Position numbers and translations under genes: made by a program. 64,000 bases of DNA from Eledone cirrhosa (taxonomy: Eukaryota), in the NCBI GenBank assembly GCA_964016885.1, contig OZ024740.1, positions 431,582,001 to 431,646,000 of the forward strand, given 5' to 3'. Shown here piece by piece: positions 1-13,574 of the stretch (positions are counted from its first letter, which is position 1; each line of letters opens with the position of its first letter). The notes under the pieces were generated by a model, which was given only the letters and a program-made list of their open reading frames with translations, did not search any database and was not told where the DNA came from.

Positions 1-3000
1 AAGACATCCCAGTAGTAGGTTGTGGTATTGAACTCTGTTAAAGACATCCCAGAAGTAGGTTGTGGTATTGAACTCTGTTAAAGACATCCCAGAAGTAGGC
101 TGTGGTGTTGAACTCTGTTAAAGACATCTCAGAAGTAGGTTGTGGTATTGAACTCTGTTAAAGACATCCCAGGAGTAGGTTGTGGTGTTGAATTCCGTTA
201 AAGACATCCCATTAGTAGGTTGTGGTGTTGAACTCTGTTAAAAACATCCCATTAGTAGGTTGTGGTGTTGAACTCTGTTAAAGACATCCCAGGAGTAAGT
301 TGTGGTGTGGAACTCTGTTAAAGACATCCCAGACGTAGGTTGTGGTGTTGAACTCTGTTAAAGACATCCCAGAAGTAGGTTGTGGTATTGAACTCTGTTA
401 AAGACATCCCAGAAGTAGGTTGTGGTGTTGAACTCTGTTAAAGACATCTCAGAAGTAGGTTGTGGTATTGAACACTGTTAAAGACATCCCAGGAGTAGGT
501 TGCGGTGTTGAACTCCGTTAAAGACATCCCTGGAGTAGGTTGTGGTATTGAACTCTGTTAAAGTTATCCCAGGAGTAGGTTGTGGTGTTGAACTCCGTTA
601 AAGACATCCCTGGAGTAGGTTGTGGTATTGAACTCTATGAATGACATCCTAGAAATAGGTTGTGTTATTGAACTCTGTTAAAGACATCTCAGAAGTAGGT
701 TGTGGTGTTGAACTTTGTTAAAGACATCCCAGAAGTAGGTTGTGGTGTTGAACTCTGTTAAAGCCATCCCAGGAGTAGGTTATGGTGTTGAACTTTGTTA
801 AAGAGATCCCAGCAGTAGGTTGTGGTGTTGAACTCTGTTAAAGACATCCCAGGAGTAGGTTGTGGTGTTGAACTCTGTTAAAGACATCCCAGAAGTAGGT
901 TGTGGTGTTGAACACTGTTAAAGACATCCCAGGAGTAGGTTGTAGTATTGAACTCTGTTAAAGACATCCCAGGAGTAGGTTGTGGTGTTGAAATCTGTTA
1001 AAGACATCCCAGAAGTAGGTTGTGGTGTTGAACTCTGTTAAAAACATCCCATTAGTAGGTTGTGGTGTTGAACTCTGTTAAAGACATCCCAGAAGTAGGT
1101 TGTGGTGTTGAACTCTGTTAAAGACATCCCAGGAGTAGGTTGTGGTGTGGAACTCTGTTAAAGACATCCCAGAAGTAGGTTGTGGTGCTGAACTCTGTTA
1201 TAGACATCCCAGAAGTAGGTTGTGGTATTGAACTCTGTTAAAGACATCCCAGAAGTAGGCTGTGGTGTTGAACTCTGTTAAAGACATCCCATTAGTAGGT
1301 TGTGGTGTTGAACTCTGTTAAAGACATCTCATTAGTAGGTTGTGGTGTTGAACTCTGTTAAAGACATCTCAGAAGTAGGTTGTCGTATTGAACTCTGTTA
1401 AAGACATCCAAGAAGAAGGTTGTGGTATTGAACTCTGTTAAAGACATCCCAGGAGTAGGTTGTGGTGTTGAACTCCGTTAAAGACATCTCAGGCGTAGGT
1501 TGTGGTATTGAACTATGTTAAAGACATCCTAGAAGTAGGTTGTGGGGTTGAACTCTGTTAAAGACATCCCAGAAGTAGGTTGTTGTGTTGAACTCTGTTA
1601 AAGACATCCCAGGAGTAGGTCGTGGTTTTGAACTCTGTTAAAGACATCTCGGGAGTAGGTTGTGGTGTTGAACTCTGTTAAAGACATCCTAGAAGTAGGT
1701 TGTGGTGTTGAACTCTGTTAAAGACATCCCAGAATTAGGTTGTTGTGTTGAACTCTGTTAAAGACATCCCAGGAGTAGGTTGTGGTGTTGAACTCTGTTA
1801 AAAACATCTCGGGAGTAGGTTGTGGTGTTGAACTCTGTTAAAGACAGCTCGGGAGTAGGTTGTGGTGTTGAACTCTGTTAAAGACATCCTAGAAGTAGGT
1901 TGTGGTGTTGAACTCTGTTAAAGACATCCCAGGAGTAGGTTGTTGCGTTGAACTCTGTTAAAGACATCTCGGGAGTAGGTTGTGGTGTTGAACTCTGTTA
2001 AAGACATCTCGGGAGTAGGTTGTGGTGTTGAACTCTGTTAAAGACATCCTAGAAGTAGGTTGTGGTGTTGAACTCTGTTAAAGACATCCCAGAAGTAGGC
2101 TGTTGTGTTGAACTCTGTTAAAGACATCCCAGGAGTAGGTTGTGGTGTTGAACTCTGTTAAAGACATCTCGGGAGTAGGTTGTGGTGTTGAACTCTGTTA
2201 AAGATATCCCAGACGTAGGTTGTGGTGTTGAACTGTGTTAAAGACATCCCAGGAGAAGGTTATGGTGTTGAACTTTGTTAAAGAGATCCCAGAAGTAGGT
2301 TGCTGTATTGAACTCTGTTAAAGACATCCCAGTAGTAGGTTGTGGTATTGAACTCTGTTAAAGACATCCCAGAAGTAGGTTGTGGTATTGAACTCTGTTA
2401 AAGACATCCCAGAAGTAGGCTGTGGTGTTGAACTCTGTTAAAGACATCTCAGAAATAGGTTGTGGTATTGAACTCTGTTAAAGACATCCCAGGAGTAGGT
2501 TGTGGTGTTGAACTCTGTTAAAGACATCCCAGAAGTAGGTTGTGGTATTGAACTCTGTTAAAGACATCCCAGAAGTAGGTTGTGGTGTTGAACTCTGTTA
2601 AAGATATCCCATAAGTAGGTTGTGGTATTGAACTGTGTTAAAGACATCCCAGATGTAGGCTGTGGTGCTGAACTCTGTTAAAGACATCCCATTAGTAGGT
2701 TGTGGTGTTGAACTCTGTTAAAGACATCCCATTAGTAGGTTGTGGTGTTGAACTCTGTTAAAGACATCTCAGAAGTAGGTTGTGGTGTTGAACTCTGTTA
2801 AAGACATCCCATAAGTAGGTTCTGGTATTGAACTGTATTAAAGACATCCCAGAAGTAGGCTGTGGTGTTGAACTCTGTTAAAGACATCTCAGAAGTAGGT
2901 TGTGGTATTGAACTCTGTTAAAGACATCCCAGAAGTAGGTTGTGGTATTGAACTGTGTTAAAGACATCCCAGGAGTAGGTTGTGATGTTGAACTCCGTTA

Positions 3001-6000
3001 AAGTCATCCCTGGAGTAGGTTGTGGTATTGAACTCTATGAAAGACATCCTAGAAATAGGTTGTGTTATTGAACTCTGTTAAAGACATCTCAGAAGTAGGT
3101 TGTGGTGTTGAACTTTGTTAAAGACATCCCAGAAGTAGGTTGTGGTGTTGAACTCTTTTAAAGACATCCCAGGAGTAGGTTATGGTGTTGAACTTTGTTA
3201 AAGACATCCCAGCAGTAGGTTGTGGTGTTGAACTCTGTTAAAGACATCCCAGAAGTAGGTTGTGGTATTGAACTCTGTTAAAGACATCCCAGAAGTAGGT
3301 TGTGGTGTTGAACTCTGTTAAAGGCATCCCAGAAGTAGGTTGTGGTGTTGAACTTTGTTAAAGACATCCCAGGAGTAGGTTGTGGTGTTGAACTCTGTTA
3401 AAGACATCCCAGAAGTAGGTTGTGGTATTGAACTCTGTTAAAGACATCCCAGAAGTAGGTTGTGGTGTTGAACTCTGTTAAAGACATCCCATAAGTAGGT
3501 TGTGGTATTGAACTGTGTTAAAGACATCCCAGAAGTAGGCTGTGGTGTTGAACTCTGTTAAAGACATCTCAGAAGTAGGTTGTGGTATTGAACACTGTTA
3601 AAGACATCCCAGGAGTAGTTTGCGGTGTTGAACTCCGTTAAAGACATCCCTGGAGTAGGTTGTGGTATTGAACTCTGTTAAAGACATCCCAGGAGTAGGT
3701 TGTGGTGTTGAACTCCGTTAAAGACATCCCTGGAGTAGGTTGTGGTATTGAACTCTATGAATGACATCCTAGAAATAGGTTGTGTTATTGAACTCTGTTA
3801 AAGACATCTCAGAAGTAGGTTGTGGTGTTGAACTTTGTTAAAGACATCCCAGAAGTAGGTTGTGGTGTTGAACTCTGTTAAAGACATCCCAGGAGTAGGT
3901 TATGGTGTTGAACTTTGTTAAAGAGATCCCAGCAGTAGGTTGTGGTGTTGAACTCTGTTAAAGACATCCCAGAAGTAGGTTGTGGTATTGAACTCTGTTA
4001 AAGACATCCCAGAAGTAGGTTGTGGTGTTGAACTCTGTTAAAGACATCCCAGGAGTAGGTTGTGGTGTTGAACTCTGTTAAAGACATCCTAGAAGTAGGT
4101 TGTGGTGTTGAACACTGTTAAAGACATCCCAGGAGTAGGTTGTAGTATTGAACTCTGTTAAAGACATCCCAGGAGTAGGTTGTGGTGTTGAACTCTGTTA
4201 AAGACATCCCAGAAGTAGGTTGTGGTGTTGAACTCTGTTAAAAACATCCCATTAGTAGGTTGTGGTGTTGAACTCTGTTAAAGACATCCCAGAAGTAGGT
4301 TGTGGTGTTGAACTCTGTTAAAGACATCCCAGGAGTAGGTTGTGGTGTGGAACTCTGTTAAAGACATCCCAGGTGTAGGTTGTGGTGTGGAACTCTGTTA
4401 AAGACATCCCAGAAGTAGGTTGTGGTGCTGAACTCTGTTATAGACATCCCAGATGTAGGTTGTGGTGTTGAACTCTGTTAAAGACATCCCAGAAGTAGGT
4501 TGTGGTATTGAACTCTGTTAAAGACATCCCAGAAGTAGGCTGTGGTGTTGAACTCTGTTAAAGACATCCCATTAGTAGGTTGTGGTGTTGAACTCTGTTA
4601 AAGACATCTCATTAGTAGGTTGTGGTGTTGAACTCTGTTAAAGACATCTCAGAAGTAGGTTGTCGTATTGAACTCTGTTAAAGACATCCAAGAAGAAGGT
4701 TGTGGTATTGAACTCTGTTAAAGACATCCCAGGAGTAGGTTGTGGTGTTGAACTCCGTTAAAGACATCTCAGGCGTAGGTTGTGGTATTGAACTATGTTA
4801 AAGACATTCTAGAAGTAGGTTGTGGGGTTGAACTCTGTTAAAGACATCCCAGAAGTAGGTTGTTGTGTTGAACTCTGTTAAAGACATCCCAGGAGTAGGT
4901 CGTGGTTTTGAACTCTGTTAAAGACATCTCGGGAGTAGGTTGTGGTGTTGAACTCTGTTAAAGACATCCTAGAAGTAGGTTGTGGTGTTGAACTCTGTTA
5001 AAGACATCCCAGAATTAGGTTGTTGTGTTGAACTCTGTTAAAGACATCCCAGGAGTAGGTTGTGGTGTTGAACTCTGTTAAAGACAGCTCGGGAGTAGGT
5101 TGTGGTGTTGAACTCTGTTAAAGACATCCTAGAAGTAGGTTGTGGTGTTGAACTCTGTTAAAGACATCCCAGGAGTAGGTTGTTGCGTTGAACTCTGTTA
5201 AAGACATCTCGGGAGTAGGTTGTGGTGTTGAACTCTGTTAAAGACATCTCGGGAGTAGGTTGTGGTGTTGAACTCTGTTAAAGACATCCTAGAAGTAGGT
5301 TGTGGTGTTGAACTCTGTTAAAGACATCCCAGAAGTAGGCTGTTGTGTTGAACTCTGTTAAAGACATCCCAGGAGTAGGTTGTGGTGTTGAACTCTGTTA
5401 AAGACATCTCGGGAGTAGGTTGTGGTGTTGAACTCTGTTAAAGACTTCCCAGACGTAGGTTGTGGTGTTGAAGTCTGTTAAAGACATCCCAGGAGAAGGT
5501 TATGGTGTTGAACTTTGTTAAAGAGATCCCAGAAGTAGGTTGCTGTATTGAACTCTGTTAAAGACATCCCAGTAGTAGGTTGTGGTATTGAACTCTGTTA
5601 AAGACATCCCAGAAGTAGGTTGTGGTATTGAACTCTGTTAAAGACATCCCAGAAGTAGGCTGTGGTGTTGAACTCTGTTAAAGACATCTCAGAAATAGGT
5701 TGTGGTATTGAACTCTGTTAAAGACATCCCAGGAGTAGGTTGTGGTGTTGAATTCCGTTAAAGACATCCCATTAGTAGGTTGTGGTGTTGAACTCTGTTA
5801 AAAACATCCCATTAGTAGGTTGTGGTGTTGAACTCTGTTAAAGACATCCCAGGAGTAGGTTGTGGTGTGGAACTCTGTTAAAGACATCCCAGACGTAGGT
5901 TGTGGTGTTGAACTCTGTTAAAGACATCCCATTAGTAGGTTGTGGTATTGAACTCTGTTAAAGACATCCCAGAAGTAGGTTGTGGTGTTGAACTCTGTTA

Positions 6001-9000
6001 AAGATATCCCATAAGTAGGTTGTGGTATTGAACTGTGTTAAAGACATCCCAGATGTAGGCTGTTGTGCTGAACTCTGTTAAAGACATCCCATTAGTAGGT
6101 TGTGGTGTTGAACTCTGTTAAAGACATCCCATTAGTAGGTTGTGGTGTTGAACTCTGTTAAAGACATCTCAGAAGTAGGTTGTGGTGTTGAACTCTGTTA
6201 AAGACATCCCATAAGTAGGTTCTGGTATTGAACTGTATTAAAGACATCCCAGAAGTAGGCTGTGGTGTTGAACTCTGTTAAAGACATCTCAGAAGTAGGT
6301 TGTGGTATTGAACTCTGTTAAAGACATCCCAGAAGTAGGTTGTGGTATTGAACTGTGTTAAAGACATCCCAGGAGTAGGTTGTGATGTTGAACTCCGTTA
6401 AAGTCATCCCTGGAGTAGGTTGTGGTATTGAACTCTATGAAAGACATCCTAGAAATAGGTTGTGTTATTGAACTCTGTTAAAGACATCTCAGAAGTAGGT
6501 TGTGGTGTTGAACTTTGTTAAAGACATCCCATTAGTAGGTTGTGGTGTTGAACTCTGTTAAAGACATCCCAGAAGTAGGTTGTGGTGTTGAACTCTGTTA
6601 AAGACATCCCAGGAGTAGGTTGTGGTGTGGAACTCTGTTAAAGACATCCCAGGTGTAGGTTGTGGTGTGGAACTCTGTTAAAGACATCCCAGAAGTAGGT
6701 TGTGGTGCTGAACTCTGTTATAGACATCCCAGATGTAGGTTGTGGTGTTGAACTCTGTTAAAGACATCCCAGAAGTAGGTTGTGGTATTGAACTCTGTTA
6801 AAGACATCCCAGAAGTAGGCTGTGGTGTTGAACTCTGTTAAAGACATCCCATTAGTAGGTTGTGGTGTTGAACTCTGTTAAAGACATCTCATTAGTAGGT
6901 TGTGGTGTTGAACTCTGTTAAAGACATCTCAGAAGTAGGTTGTCGTATTGAACTCTGTTAAAGACATCCAAGAAGAAGGTTGTGGTATTGAACTCTGTTA
7001 AAGACATCCCAGGAGTAGGTTGTGGTGTTGAACTCCGTTAAAGACATCTCAGGCGTAGGTTGTGGTATTGAACTATGTTAAAGACATCCTAGAAGTAGGT
7101 TGTGGGGTTGAACTCTGTTAAAGACATCCCAGAAGTAGGTTGTTGTGTTGAACTCTGTTAAAGACATCCCAGGAGTAGGTCGTGGTTTTGAACTCTGTTA
7201 AAGACATCTCGGGAGTAGGTTGTGGTGTTGAACTCTGTTAAAGACATCCTAGAAGTAGGTTGTGGTGTTGAACTCTGTTAAAGACATCCCAGAATTAGGT
7301 TGTTGTGTTGAACTCTGTTAAAGACATCCCAGGAGTAGGTTGTGGTGTTGAACTCTGTTAAAAACATCTCGGGAGTAGGTTGTGGTGTTGAACTCTGTTA
7401 AAGACAGCTCGGGAGTAGGTTGTGGTGTTGAACTCTGTTAAAGACATCCTAGAAGTAGGTTGTGGTGTTGAACTCTGTTAAAGACATCCCAGGAGTAGGT
7501 TGTTGCGTTGAACTCTGTTAAAGACATCTCGGGAGTAGGTTGTGGTGTTGAACTCTGTTAAAGACATCTCGGGAGTAGGTTGTGGTGTTGAACTCTGTTA
7601 AAGACATCCTAGAAGTAGGTTGTGGTGTTGAACTCTGTTAAAGACATCCCAGAAGTAGGCTGTTGTGTTGAACTCTGTTAAAGACATCTCAGAAATAGGT
7701 TGTGGTATTGAACTCTGTTAAAGACATCCCAGGAGTAGGTTGTGGTGTTGAATTCCGTTAAAGACATCCCATTAGTAGGTTGTGGTGTTGAACTCTGTTA
7801 AAAACATCCCATTAGTAGGTTGTGGTGTTGAACTCTGTTAAAGACATCCCAGGAGTAGGTTGTGGTGTGGAACTCTGTTAAAGACATCCCAGACGTAGGT
7901 TGTGGTGTTGAACTCTGTTAAAGACATCCCAGAAGTAGGTTGTGGTATTGAACTCTGTTAAAGACATCCCAGAAGTAGGTTGTGGTGTTGAACTCTGTTA
8001 AAGATATCCCATAAGTAGGTTGTGGTATTGAACTGTGTTAAAGACATCCCAGATGTAGGCTGTGGTGCTGAACTCTGTTAAAGACATCCCATTAGTAGGT
8101 TGTGGTGTTGAACTCTGTTAAAGACATCCCATTAGTAGGTTGTGGTGTTGAACTCTGTTAAAGACATCTCAGAAGTAGGTTGTGGTGTTGAACTCTGTTA
8201 AAGACATCCCATAAGTAGGTTCTGGTATTGAACTGTATTAAAGACATCCCAGAAGTAGGCTGTGGTGTTGAACTCTGTTAAAGACATCTCAGAAGTAGGT
8301 TGTGGTATTGAACTCTGTTAAAGACATCCCAGAAGTAGGTTGTGGTATTGAACTGTGTTAAAGACATCCCAGGAGTAGGTTGTGATGTTGAACTCCGTTA
8401 AAGTCATCCCTGGAGTAGGTTGTGGTATTGAACTCTATGAAAGACATCCTAGAAATAGGTTGTGTTATTGAACTCTGTTAAAGACATCTCAGAAGTAGGT
8501 TGTGGTGTTGAACTTTGTTAAAGACATCCCATTAGTAGGTTGTGGTGTTGAACTCTGTTAAAGACATCCCAGAAGTAGGTTGTGGTGTTGAACTCTGTTA
8601 AAGACATCCCAGGAGTAGGTTGTGGTGTGGAACTCTGTTAAAGACATCCCAGGTGTAGGTTGTGGTGTGGAACTCTGTTAAAGACATCCCAGAAGTAGGT
8701 TGTGGTGCTGAACTCTGTTATAGACATCCCAGATGTAGGTTGTGGTGTTGAACTCTGTTAAAGACATCCCAGAAGTAGGTTGTGGTATTGAACTCTGTTA
8801 AAGACATCCCAGAAGTAGGCTGTGGTGTTGAACTCTGTTAAAGACATCCCATTAGTAGGTTGTGGTGTTGAACTCTGTTAAAGACATCTCATTAGTAGGT
8901 TGTGGTGTTGAACTCTGTTAAAGACATCTCAGAAGTAGGTTGTCGTATTGAACTCTGTTAAAGACATCCAAGAAGAAGGTTGTGGTATTGAACTCTGTTA

Positions 9001-12000
9001 AAGACATCCCAGGAGTAGGTTGTGGTGTTGAACTCCGTTAAAGACATCTCAGGCGTAGGTTGTGGTATTGAACTATGTTAAAGACATCCTAGAAGTAGGT
9101 TGTGGGGTTGAACTCTGTTAAAGACATCCCAGAAGTAGGTTGTTGTGTTGAACTCTGTTAAAGACATCCCAGGAGTAGGTCGTGGTTTTGAACTCTGTTA
9201 AAGACATCTCGGGAGTAGGTTGTGGTGTTGAACTCTGTTAAAGACATCCTAGAAGTAGGTTGTGGTGTTGAACTCTGTTAAAGACATCCCAGAATTAGGT
9301 TGTTGTGTTGAACTCTGTTAAAGACATCCCAGGAGTAGGTTGTGGTGTTGAACTCTGTTAAAAACATCTCGGGAGTAGGTTGTGGTGTTGAACTCTGTTA
9401 AAGACAGCTCGGGAGTAGGTTGTGGTGTTGAACTCTGTTAAAGACATCCTAGAAGTAGGTTGTGGTGTTGAACTCTGTTAAAGACATCCCAGGAGTAGGT
9501 TGTTGCGTTGAACTCTGTTAAAGACATCTCGGGAGTAGGTTGTGGTGTTGAACTCTGTTAAAGACATCTCGGGAGTAGGTTGTGGTGTTGAACTCTGTTA
9601 AAGACATCCTAGAAGTAGGTTGTGGTGTTGAACTCTGTTAAAGACAGCTCGGGAGTAGGTTGTGGTGTTGAACTCTGTTAAAGACATCCTAGAAGTAGGT
9701 TGTGGTGTTGAACTCTGTTAAAGACATCTCGGGAGTAGGTTGTGGTGTTGAACTCTGTTAAAGACATCCTAGAAGTAGGTTGTGGTGTTGAACTCTGTTA
9801 AATACATCCCAGAAGTAGGTTGTTGTGTTGAACTCTGTTAAAGACATCCCAGGCGTAGGTTGTGGTGTTGAACTCTGTTAAAGACATCTCGGGAGTAGGT
9901 TGTGGTGTTGAACTCTGTTAAAGACATCTCAGAAGTAGGTTGTGGTGTTGAACTCTGTTAAAGACATCCCATAAGTAGGTTCTGGTATTGAACTGTATTA
10001 AAGACATCCCAGAAGTAGGCTGTGGTGTTGAACTCTGTTAAAGACATCTCAGAAGTAGGTTGTGGTATTGAACTCTGTTAAAGACATCCCAGAAGTAGGT
10101 TGTGGTATTGAACTGTGTTAAAGACATCCCAGGAGTAGGTTGTGATGTTGAACTCCGTTAAAGTCATCCCTGGAGTAGGTTGTGGTATTGAACTCTATGA
10201 AAGACATCCTAGAAATAGGTTGTGTTATTGAACTCTGTTAAAGACATCTCAGAAGTAGGTTGTGGTGTTGAACTTTGTTAAAGACATCCCATTAGTAGGT
10301 TGTGGTGTTGAACTCTGTTAAAGACATCCCAGAAGTAGGTTGTGGTGTTGAACTCTGTTAAAGACATCCCAGGAGTAGGTTGTGGTGTGGAACTCTGTTA
10401 AAGACATCCCAGGTGTAGGTTGTGGTGTGGAACTCTGTTAAAGACATCCCAGAAGTAGGTTGTGGTGCTGAACTCTGTTATAGACATCCCAGATGTAGGT
10501 TGTGGTGTTGAACTCTGTTAAAGACATCCCAGAAGTAGGTTGTGGTATTGAACTCTGTTAAAGACATCCCAGAAGTAGGCTGTGGTGTTGAACTCTGTTA
10601 AAGACATCCCATTAGTAGGTTGTGGTGTTGAACTCTGTTAAAGACATCTCATTAGTAGGTTGTGGTGTTGAACTCTGTTAAAGACATCTCAGAAGTAGGT
10701 TGTCGTATTGAACTCTGTTAAAGACATCCAAGAAGAAGGTTGTGGTATTGAACTCTGTTAAAGACATCCCAGGAGTAGGTTGTGGTGTTGAACTCCGTTA
10801 AAGACATCTCAGGCGTAGGTTGTGGTATTGAACTATGTTAAAGACATCCTAGAAGTAGGTTGTGGGGTTGAACTCTGTTAAAGACATCCCAGAAGTAGGT
10901 TGTTGTGTTGAACTCTGTTAAAGACATCCCAGGAGTAGGTCGTGGTTTTGAACTCTGTTAAAGACATCTCGGGAGTAGGTTGTGGTGTTGAACTCTGTTA
11001 AAGACATCCTAGAAGTAGGTTGTGGTGTTGAACTCTGTTAAAGACATCCCAGAATTAGGTTGTTGTGTTGAACTCTGTTAAAGACATCCCAGGAGTAGGT
11101 TGTGGTGTTGAACTCTGTTAAAAACATCTCGGGAGTAGGTTGTGGTGTTGAACTCTGTTAAAGACAGCTCGGGAGTAGGTTGTGGTGTTGAACTCTGTTA
11201 AAGACATCCTAGAAGTAGGTTGTGGTGTTGAACACTGTTAAAGACATCCCAGGAGTAGGTTGTTGCGTTGAACTCTGTTAAAGACATCTCGGGAGTAGGT
11301 TGTGGTGTTGAACTCTGTTAAAGACATCTCGGGAGTAGGTTGTGGTGTTGAACTCTGTTAAAGACATCCTAGAAGTAGGTTGTGGTGTTGAACTCTGTTA
11401 AAGACAGCTCGGGAGTAGGTTGTGGTGTTGAACTCTGTTAAAGACATCCTAGAAGTAGGTTGTGGTGTTGAACTCTGTTAAAGACATCTCGGGAGTAGGT
11501 TGTGGTGTTGAACTCTGTTAAAGACATCCTAGAAGTAGGTTGTGGTGTTGAACTCTGTTAAATACATCCCAGAAGTAGGTTGTTGTGTTGAACTCTGTTA
11601 AAGACATCCCAGGAGTAGGTTGTGGTGTTGAACTCTGTTAAAGACATCTCGGGAGTAGGTTGTGGTGTTGAACTCTGTTAAAGACATCTCAGAAGTAGGT
11701 TGTGGTGTTGAACTCTGTTAAAGACATCCCAGACGTAGGTTGTGGTGTTGAACTCTGTTAAAGACATCCCAGGAGAAGGTTATGGTGTTGAACTTTGTTA
11801 AAGATATCCCAGCATTAGGTTGTGGTGTTGAACTCTGTTAAAGACATCCCAGAAGTAGGTTGTGGTATTGAACTCTGTTAAAGACATCCCAGAAGTAGGT
11901 TGTGGTGTTGAACTCTGTTAAAGACATCTCGGGTGTAGGTTGTGGTGTTGAACTCTGTTAAAGACATCTCAGAAGTAGGTTGTGGTTTTGAACTTTGTTA

Positions 12001-13574
12001 AAGACATCCCAGAAGTAGGTTGTGCTGTTGAACTCTGTTAAAGACATCCCAGGAGTAGGTGATGGTGTTGAACTTTGTTAAAGAGATCCCAGAAGTAGGT
12101 TGCTGTATTGAACTCTGTTAAAGACATCCCAGTAGTAGGTTGTGGTATTGAACTCTGTTAAAGACATCCCAGAAGTAGGTTGTGGTATTGAACTCTGTTA
12201 AAGACATCCCAGAAGTAGGCTGTGGTGTTGAACTCTGTTAAAGACATCTCAGAAGTAGGTTGTGGTATTGAACTCTGTTAAAGACATCCCAGGAGTAGGT
12301 TGTGGTGTTGAATTCCGTTAAAGACATCCCATTAGTAGGTTTTGGTGTTGAACTCTGTTAAAGACATCCCAGGAGTAGGTTGTGGTGTGGAACTCTGTTA
12401 AAGACATCCCAGACGTAGGTTGTGGTGTTGAACTCTGTTAAAGACATCCCAGAAGTAGGTTGTGGTATTGAACTCTGTTAAAGACATCCCAGAAGTAGGT
12501 TGTGGTGTTGAACTCTTTTAACGACATCCCATAAGTAGGTTGTGGTATTGAACTGTGTTAAAGACATCCCAGAAGTAGGCTGTGGTGTTGAACTCTGTTA
12601 AAGACATCTCAGAAGTAGGTTGTGGTATTGAACACTGTTAAAGACATCCCAGGAGTAGGTTGTGGTGTTGAACTCCGTTAAAGACATCCCTGGAGTAGGT
12701 TGTGGTATTGAACTCTGTTAAAGACATCCCAGAAGTAGGCTGTGGTGTTGAACTCTGTTAAAGACATCTCAGAAGTAGGTTGTGGTATTGAACTCTGTTA
12801 AAGACATCCCAGGAGTAGGTTGTGGTGTGGAACTCTGTTAAAGACATACCAGCAGTAGGTTGTGGTGTTGAACTCTGTTAAAGACATCCCAGAAGTAGGT
12901 TGTGGTATTGAACTCTGTTAAAGACATCCCAGATGTAGGTTGTGGTGTTGAACTGTGTTAAAGACATCCCATAAGTAGATTGTGGTATTGAACTGTGTTA
13001 AAGACATCCCAGAAGTAGGCTGTGGTGTTGAACTCTGTTAAAGACATCTCAGAAGTAGGTTGTGGTATTGAACACTGTTAAAGACATCCCAGGAGTAGGT
13101 TCTGGTGTTGAACTCCGTTAAAGACATCCCTGGAGTAGGTTGTGGTATTGAACTCTGTTAAAGACATCCCAGGAGTAGGTTGTGGTGTTGAACTCCGTTA
13201 AAGACATCCCTGGAGTAGGTTGTGGTATTGAACTCTATGAAAGACATCCTAGAAATAGGTTGTGTTATTGAACTCTGTTAAAGACATCTCAGAAGTAGGT
13301 TGTTGTGTTGAACTTTGTTAAAGACATCCCAGAAGTAGGCTGTGGTGTTGAACTCTGTTAAAGACATCCCATTAGTACGTTGTGGTGTTGAACTCTGTTA
13401 AAGACATCTCAGAAGTAGGTTGTGGTGTTGAACTCTGTTAAAGACATCCCATAAGTAGGTTGTGGTATTGAACTGTGTTAAAGACATCCCAGAAGTAGGC
13501 TGTGGTGTTGAACTCTGTTAAAGACATCTCAGAAGTAGGTTGTGGTATTGAACGCTGTTAAAGACATCCCAGAC
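1..13574. repeat. 40-bp tandem satellite (consensus AAGACATCCCAGAAGTAGGTTGTGGTGTTGAACTCTGTTA), ~339 copies, continues beyond the left edge
   Basis: Seen directly. The 40-bp register holds from base 1 to about 13574 with substitutions only. Confidence 0.99.

Noticed and set aside
1-13574. CRISPR-like array (constant repeat with a variable core)
   Set aside because: The variable part is only ~5-7 bp of point variants that recur. There are no unique spacers or cas genes, and the context is eukaryotic.
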